Both the position numbers and the translations under genes were made by a program. 64,000 nt of DNA from a virus: IMG/VR virus record IMGVR_UViG_3300032282_005553, positions 32,001 to 96,000 of that record; one strand, 5' to 3'. The notes below the pieces were generated by a model. That model saw only the letters and a list, made by a program, of their open reading frames with translations, was not told the origin of the DNA and did not search any database. The first letter of the stretch is position 1. Each line of letters starts with the position of its first letter. Below, in pieces: positions 31,401 to 40,400 of this stretch.

Positions 31401-34400
31401 GCATACAAAAAGAAAATAAAAGAACTGAAGAAAACTTTAAAGAAACACAGGATAAATTTTTAGATTTAGATGATCCAGGACTAAGAGAAGTACTATCAGG
31501 CTCTGAGGGATCAAAGATTTATCAAATTCCTGGAAGATTCATTAAGGTAAAAGAGGATGCTCTAGCCCAAACTCCTGATCGTAATGCGTATAATGCCGGG
31601 GCTATGCCAAGATGGGATCTGAGTAAGATTTTTGACGCTCATCAGGATGGAAATATTGTTCCGGGTTATTCTATGGGTATGCAGATGAAGCGTACTTCAA
31701 CATTTCTTTATGGCAATATAGATTGGCCATTAATATATCCAATACCTGGAGTAACAAATACAGAACCAGTAGAAATTGGTAATGGTTCTTTTATTGGAGG
31801 CTTGACTGAAGATAAAAGAATATCGCTTGCTACTAAGCCATATGTTGTATCTGATGAAAAAAAATATTTAGAACAACTTCAAAGACTAAAAATTACACCT
31901 GAATTTATAAAAAAGAAATTTGCATGGATCTCTAATGCTGCTCATCCAGTAAGACAGGCAATAGATGGAGATATATTAGATTATCCCACTGATGTGACTC
32001 CACAAAGAAATGAACCCAGAGGAATAGTGCCATACCAAGCAATAAGAAGCAGTATGCTCTATTCGACTGATGCAGGCACAGAATTGAATGCCCAGAATAA
32101 GATTTATGCAAGAATATACCACAATCCTGAGAAAAAAATGAATCGTGCAGTCGGCGCTGGGGCAACAAATATGCCGACATTCGAAACCGGTGGACCATTT
32201 GAACCAACGCACGATGGATATTTTAACATGGAAGCAAGAACTTTCGATATAGATAAAAAGAAAGTTATCCCATCTGCTGATGCTCAAAAAATTGGTAAGT
32301 ATAATCAAGATCTGTATCAAATTTTAGTAAAAACATACAAAGCCCTAGTTCCTGGGGCCGGTCAACCACGACTATCAGATCTACCTCTATCTGACAGCGG
32401 TGGTAAAATTGGTGTTTTTGATAGTTTTCAAAAACAACTAGCTAATTTATATAATGGAATAACTCCTTATGAGAATTTTATTGGAGAAGCTTTAGATATT
32501 CTAGATATCGATGAAAGCGCTAAGGCTAAAAACTTTACCGTAATTTCAGCTGAAGCTGCTACACAACAGATGGTCCAGGATTATATTGAGAAACAAGTAA
32601 AGAATAAAGGTGGTAAACAGCCATTTTCTGGTGGAAATCCCATATCTATAGGAATAGCAGGAGCGCCACCCGGACTTGACTGGGTTACAGAAGATCTTTT
32701 TGACATAAAAGAACTTGCCACAGGCAACACAAAAGAATTCCCTGTCCTTATAAATATTTTACCTTCTGAAATATCAGAAGAATTTGAAAAACGAGCAGCA
32801 GAAGCGACAAAAGGCTCAAGTCCTATCAAAACATCTTTATTTAACCACGATGGTGAATTATCTTTAGATTTGGCTGGTGGCAAAAAAGCAAAATTTCCAT
32901 ATTTTTCCACATACACCAAATATACTGGCCCACTTTGGGACACTGCTACTAATACATATTCTGATAAAAATAATATTAAAGATTTCTTTTTAGCTAATCC
33001 ATTAGATGGAAATACTCCAGCAAATATTTTTAAAGGATTAGATATTAGTAATAATAGATTATTTGATAAAACAAAACCAATAGATTTTGATGATCGCGGA
33101 AATGTATCACTATCATACGACCAAGCTAAACTAACAGAATTGATCGATCTATACAGAGTAGATAAAGATAAAAGAGAAGCAGACAAGATAGATGCAGCAT
33201 CAATGGCACTAAAAGCAGCATCAATAAGATTCAAATTGAATAAAGATGTTGGTCCATTAGGAGCTTTAATCAAAGCAGATGCTAAGGTTGGAGATAATGA
33301 TATTTTTTCAGGATTTACCGACCAGGCCGATAAATCCATGTCGATTGGAGATTTTCTAATAGAAGCTGCTCAAAAATATGCTGAACAAACAACAGAAGAA
33401 GCTAAAACAGCTACCGGTGAAGTTGCAGATTCTAAATTTAATAAAGAAGGATTTGCAGATCAAAAAAAGCCATTTCTTGATACATTAAAAGGATTAACGC
33501 TTGGTTCATTACGAATTTTTGGTAGAAGACCATTACCAGGATTTCCACGAGCTTGGTTTTATGCTTTAGGTGGTGGCAGGGCATACTCTTTATTAAAAAA
33601 TAATAGAATGACCCTACCAATCGGTAAAAATATAGCAACTTATTTAACTGGTATGCTAGCCATGAATTCTGGACCCGGAGCACAAGCTAGCACATTAGCT
33701 TCTATGTCAACAAATTTGAGAGCTTTTAATTATTTCGAAGATTTACGTACTTTAATTCAGGGAGCATTTTTAACCTATCAACAATTATCTCAATCTGATA
33801 CTAGTAGTATTGTTCAATTGCTTAAAAATTCTAGAGATGCTTTTGGTAATCTTGATTTGTCAACAGATGCTGTAGAAGATATATTCAGAAGCCTAGGAGC
33901 CACGCAATCTTTTAATGCTGCTGGCTCTCAGGCTTTGGGAGGAGATTATCAGAGAAATCTTGCTAATCAGCTCGCAGGATCAAAAATAAGAGTTGTAAAA
34001 CAAAGTGGAAAAATAGAAGATGTCGATGCTGCTAATATACCATACAAAAATTATACTGATCTTATGGCATTGGCACTTAATCCTTACAATGAATATACAT
34101 CTAAAGATATTAGAAGTGGAATATTTGATAAATTAACGCAAGATATATCAACGGCTACCAATCAATATGGTGGTCCGATGTTTTCTCAAAAGACAAGAGC
34201 ATTTTTACTAAATAATCTATCTACATTAAAAGATTGGTATGCTGGAAATGGTAATTGGCTAGGACAAGATTATTTATTTGATAAAGTTGCAAATCCTGAC
34301 TCCAAAGACAGAGGAGACAAATTCAAGCAAAATCTTGCCATTGGAAATAATCTATGGTCAGAGGCTAATATTGCCCATCGCAATTTAGGTGCGGCAGTTA

Positions 34401-37400
34401 AGTTTGGTGGAGATTTGCCACACGAAGAGTGGTTTAATAAAAGAATAGAAGCAGGAAATTTTGCTACCGGCGGTATGGTTTATGCTCAAGATGGATCTCT
34501 TATAAACTTTACTCCACGCGGCACAGACACTGTTCCGGCAATGTTGACTCCTGGAGAATTCGTTGTCAATAGAGCAGCAACCGCCAAGAATCTACCTCTC
34601 TTAAAACAAATAAATGGCAATAGAGGCTATAGCAGAGGAGGGGTTGTTAATTACCTACAAGATGGTGGCCAAGCCGAAGGCGCACCAGAATTTGATCTTG
34701 CAACTACCACCGAATATAGACCAGAAAATAGTTTTGGAAATAGAAGTATTTCAACTTTATCTAGAATACAATATGAGTCTAGATATGGTGTTCCCGGAGT
34801 CAGAGATAATGTAAAAATGATCTCTGAAGAAATATATAAAACACTCAGAGACAGATCGGCACAGGAATCAACACTAAGACAAGCTGGTACTCCAATTTTT
34901 TATGATGATAATAGTACAAGATCTAAAAGACAACAAGCAAACAAATTAAAATTAAATAAAAAAGAATATACAGAATTGTCTATTGCTGAAACCGAAAGAA
35001 GAATACCGCTATTTCAAAGACAAACAGAAGAATATTATCCAAATGGAACAAACTTTGATCATAGTGTTTTTGATAGAAAGATGCTAGATTTCCAAGGTTT
35101 GCCAACTATTAACTATTTAAATGCAGATATTAGATCACATGGTCAAAAAATTGCAGCAATGAAAGATGCTGTTGGAGCCAAGGAAAATGGATTCCCTGAT
35201 TTATTAGCCAAATATTTATTAGGAATGAAAGATTACGAAAGCACCTGGGCTAGTGTTGGACTAAGCTTTGCTCTAGATCTACAGAATATAATGCCAACCC
35301 TTAGTGGAGGTGCTAGTCAGGCTCTTATAGGAAAAGGTTTATCGTGGTTAGGCAAAAATACAGGACTTAAAAAGGCTATAACAATAGCTATGCAGAAAGG
35401 TAAATCAGCATTAAGTTCACTAGATAAAATTGCATTTAGACAAGTTGAAAAAGGAATAGATGAAATTCCTATTAAAGATTTGGGATTAGCAGATTTACCA
35501 GACTCTAAAACAGCACAATCGCTGTCTCCTAGTCCCACAAAGATACCCAGAGGAGGAGAAAGAATATCATTTGATGACAAAGCACTACAAATGTTTTTCC
35601 GTTCTGTTCCGACTAATGTTAAGGATTTTAAAAAGTCTTTCTGGCAAACAGTTTCTTCAAAAGGTATTTTTCAACAAGTTTCCGATTTTACCAGATTTAT
35701 TGGACTACCAGACAACGAAGCATTGCTTGGTGTTCCAGCTGCTATAGATATCAAACATCTTGAACCTGGCATCAGAGGTAGATTTGATTCTAATCTCGCC
35801 AGATTGAGTACTCAAGGGGTATCCGGAGCAGCATCAACAGGAAGAGGACTCGCTTCTGTACAACCATATGCAGAAGTAAATACTTTGTATCATGAGTTAG
35901 CTCATCAATTTTTAAATGGAATCAGAACACATCATCCTAAAGCATGGGAATTCTATCAGGAACGTGTTCAAGATATGTTTACTGATCACAGAAGTTGGAA
36001 TAATCTTGCAAATGCTTTTGATGCTATTGGAGGAAGCTATAGAAGTGAAGATGTTTTATATGGTGCTAGTTATAAGCTAAGAGATTTACAAAAAATATTA
36101 GATCAACATCCTGGAGACAAAGATCTAATAAGATTAGTTAGTAGAGCTACAAAACATAAAGATGCCGGTAGAGCTAGTTGGGCGAGCATAGATGAAGAAG
36201 TAACAGATGTATTGAGATCCAAGAGAGGATCACAGTACCTTGAGACTATGCAAAATAATGGATTAGAAGAATTCTTAACAGTAGTTGTTCAGAACGCTGG
36301 ACGACTTGACAAACAGATGAGACAAGCACTGGACACAACATTAGAAGCCATATTTCATAACTCTGGCATAGCAAGAGACAGAGGATTATTTGATAATTTT
36401 TATGCTGAACTTGATAAACCAACAATTTTCCAAAGAATAAAAACCGCAATATCTGCTAGGCTTAGTAGGCCAAAAGCAGCAACAAGGGTTCCAAAACCAC
36501 CAAGACCTCAAAAGCCAAAAACTAAAAATACTCCGGATAACGATATGATCGCTGGTCGTATTGGTCCAAAAAAATCTAAAACAAAATCAAAAAATAAAAA
36601 GGAGAAAAGAAGATGGCCGTGGATTATTCCTATTCCTATTTTTGGTTTGGGTGCGGCCGGGGTCTACGAGGCTACTAAGCAACCTTCTGCCCCTCTTTTA
36701 GAAGAAGGAGAGGGATTGGGCGGAGAATTTATTGGCGGAGGTGAAGGCGGCGGAATGATGCCAGAGATTACCTCTCCTAATCCAGCAAGAGAAGGCGCTA
36801 TGGGTGCTGCCGCGACACAACCAGGAGCAAACGGTGGACAAAATGGTGTTGGTCCTTCATTTCCGAATGAAGCCAGAAATAATGCTCAAGCAGCAGCACA
36901 AGAAGAAAAAGCTAGAAAATCCGGATGGAAAAAATCTAAAAAAGAAAAACCTTCGTCGTCACCTTTACCCGAATCTTCTGATTTTCCTGAAGCTATTCCT
37001 TTTTCTCCTTTAGAAGATACCAATGAAGAAACATCCTCTAATTTATTGAATAGACCGGGCGAGCCACTTAGAAGAGCTAAAGGAGGCATAGTTTATGCAT
37101 CAAATGGCTCATTGATTAATTTTCAACCAAGAGGCACAGATACTGTTCCGGCGATGCTAACGCCAGGAGAGTTTGTAGTTAATAAAGCAGCAACACAAAA
37201 GAATTTGCCAGCATTACAAGAAATTAATAGCAATACATATATGGCAGATGGTGGACTGTTAGGAAGACCAAAGGTCGTACAAGGGGTTACTCTAAATCCA
37301 AGAGATAAACTAACGCCAAGATTTAATAATATAGACTCTGCTATTAGTACTAGTAATAAAAACTTAAATACAGTATTACAGAATGAAAACTCACAAAATA

Positions 37401-40400
37401 ATAAATTAAATGAATTGCTTATAGATAGTAAAAATAACAAAAAGGTATTATCTCAAATTAATACCAAAACAGACTTTACTAATTCAAAAGTTAATGATAT
37501 AGCTAGAAACACCGGATCTTTAACAGATACGATCAATGCTTTTTGGCAAATGCTTTCCGGTCCCGGTCCTAGCGTGGAGATGCCTCCTAGGGTAATAAAT
37601 CGCAGCACGGGCGGCATAATATATGCTAGCGAAGGAACTCTTGTTCCTTATTCTCCAAAGGGAACAGATACAGTTCCTGCTATGTTAACTCCGGGAGAGT
37701 TTGTAGTAAATAGAGCTGCTACTAGCAAGAACTTGAGCCTATTAAAGAATATTAATAATGGATATAGTCAAGGTGGGATAATATATGCTGATGATGGAAT
37801 AAAAGTTCCAGGAACAGGAGACTTTACAACAACAGTAAGCGGAGCATCAACAAATAATATACAATCAAGTCAAACATTATCTGACAAAGAAATTGAATTA
37901 GAAAGACTCAGACAGTCCTTTGAACAAGCAAGAGCTAGATTCGAAAGAGAAAAAGAACAAAGAGATAGAATACAATATTCTCTCGCTTTAGTTAATGAAG
38001 GATTATCTAAATACAAAAATCAGAGAGGTGCTGCCTTAGATAGATTATTAGGCATAAGTAATCCATCGAACATATTAAATGATGAAAAAAGCTCGCTACA
38101 AAGAAAATTAACTTTTAATTTACTTGGTGTTGATAATGACGTCGGAGCATGGATTGCTAGAGCAGAACTTTTAAGTAAACAGCTTGCTGAAACTGGTGTT
38201 GGAATAACAGGAGCAACAGTTGCCGGATCGGCCGGTGCCGTAGCAGGCGGCGGAGTTGCTAGTCCAGTGACATCAGCAACATTGGGAACAGCGGGATATA
38301 TAGTTTCTGTAAGTGCATATAAAGATTTTCTAGGCGAACAATATAAGGAAAGAATGGATCTTTTACGACAAGCATTTCCTGGTCAATCTACGGTGACAGA
38401 TTTGGCCCCTGCTGTTATGGGAGTTTCTTCATTAGCCAAAAATGCTTATACTAACCTTGGGGCTATAGGTATAAAACAAGCCGGAAAAGAGATATCTTCG
38501 GAAGTTGCTGGAGACGCTATTGGTACAATATCAGCAGCTTTTGCAACTGGCGAACCCATCAGCTATAGTGCTCAAGATGCTATTTTGGCTTCATTAGGCA
38601 TTAAGCTTAGCGGACCGAGCAGATCAATTAGTACCACTAGATCCAGAGCATCAGAACAGCCGACAGCATCTTCTACAAAATTGTCACAACAGCCACCTCC
38701 GCTACCGAGTACTTTAGGATCCATTTTTGCTTCATATAAAAAAGCAATATCTAATAAAATAGATATGTTATTTAATAGATCTCCCGTAGCAGTACATGAT
38801 CAAGCACTTAAATATTTCAAAGAAAGAGGAGCAGTAAATTTTGATGAGATTAGAGAACACTTACGAGGAGAAGTTAAATCATCCAAAGGAGTTGCCGTTA
38901 GTGTCGGAATGATAGCTAAAATGCTCGGAGTAGAACCTAAATATCTTATAGCAGAAGATATGAGAGCGGTTAGAAAAACTATCGAAGGTGCCAGTGGATA
39001 TTATAGTGATTTTACTAGTCGTGATGCTATTAAAGTTGATGAGAACACCGGACTTGTTGCTGGAACTTTTAGTAGGGAACCGGGCGATATTGATCCGGGC
39101 GCAATATTAGCATTAAATAATGATAATAAAGTAAATAATAGTATTGTTTGGCATGAGATCATGCACTCCATGCTTACTAGAATGGGTAAAAATGGATATG
39201 GAAGATTTATCAAATTAATGCAAGATAATCAAAAATCTGTTTTGGGATATATAACTGAACGACCAGATCTATTTCGTAGTTATGGTATAACAGATATTGC
39301 AGATGGAGCACATTATGTAGGAAGAGCTCTTCAAGATATGCCACAATGGTCCTTTTTAAAGAGCGCAGCAGAGATGGCAAGTGATGATGATATTAAATAT
39401 GCCATAGCTCAAAAACAAGCTTACTTACAAAAATTAAGTACTGAAGATCCCGGTAGATTGTCTTCTCCTGATATATTTAATGATATAGTTCCAGGAACAA
39501 TGTTGAGAGTTTCACATATTACAGGCATGGAATCTGCAGAAAATCACTATGGTGGTATCAAAAATGCAATTAAATATGTTGAAGCAGTAATCAAAAGCGG
39601 TCGAGGTGTCGATCCAGCATTCCTTGCACATGCAGGGGATCATAATGCTAAAATCATGGATATATTGAGTGATCTTAATATTATTGAAGAAAGATCTGCT
39701 TTCGATTGGACGAAAGAATATGGGTATGAAGAATTTGCGACTCAACTTTTACAAAATTTTGATAGATTGGATCCAAAAGGACTGTCTTTCTTAAGTGATA
39801 TTATCTCTTCAGTATACGATGATAATAGAATCGCTGCTCTTAGGGATCCAAAAATTGTTTATGCTCAACTACAAAAAGTATTCAAGGGTTCTGGTTCAAA
39901 TATAGAGAAAGAACAATATAATGGATTAGAAACTCCTGCTTTATCTAGTGGAGGAATAATAAAATCTTTATACGCCAGTACTGGTAAATTGATTTCATAC
40001 AAGCCAATAGGTACAGATACTGTGCCAGCAATGTTGACTCCTGGCGAGTTTGTTGTTAATGCACAGGCTACAGCTAAAAATCTACCATTATTAAAATCTA
40101 TCAATGAAGGTAATTACAAGAGCAGTGGAGGAGTAGTATATCTTGACAATGGCGGAGTCGCCGACGAAAAAGATCTTGCTGCCGCTAATGGAAGAAATGG
40201 TTTCGAAAGAAAAATGGCAGTTGGAGCAAAACAGAGAAATAAACTCCAAAAAATTGCTGCAAAACCTGATGATACTGGTACTTTATGGGTATTTCTCAAT
40301 CCATCTCCTATGGTGATAGATAAAGAATTAGTTGCTTCAGGATTTACTGCTCTGAGCTTGTTGAAAAAAGATCTTACCTATACTGATGTTAATGAACCAT

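Noticed and set aside
22804-40299. Many antisense ORFs (60-250 aa) inside the TMP and other long genes
   Set aside because: Fully nested opposite long ORFs, Leu/Ser/Phe-rich mirror-frame composition, no evident RBS; expected shadows of codon bias.
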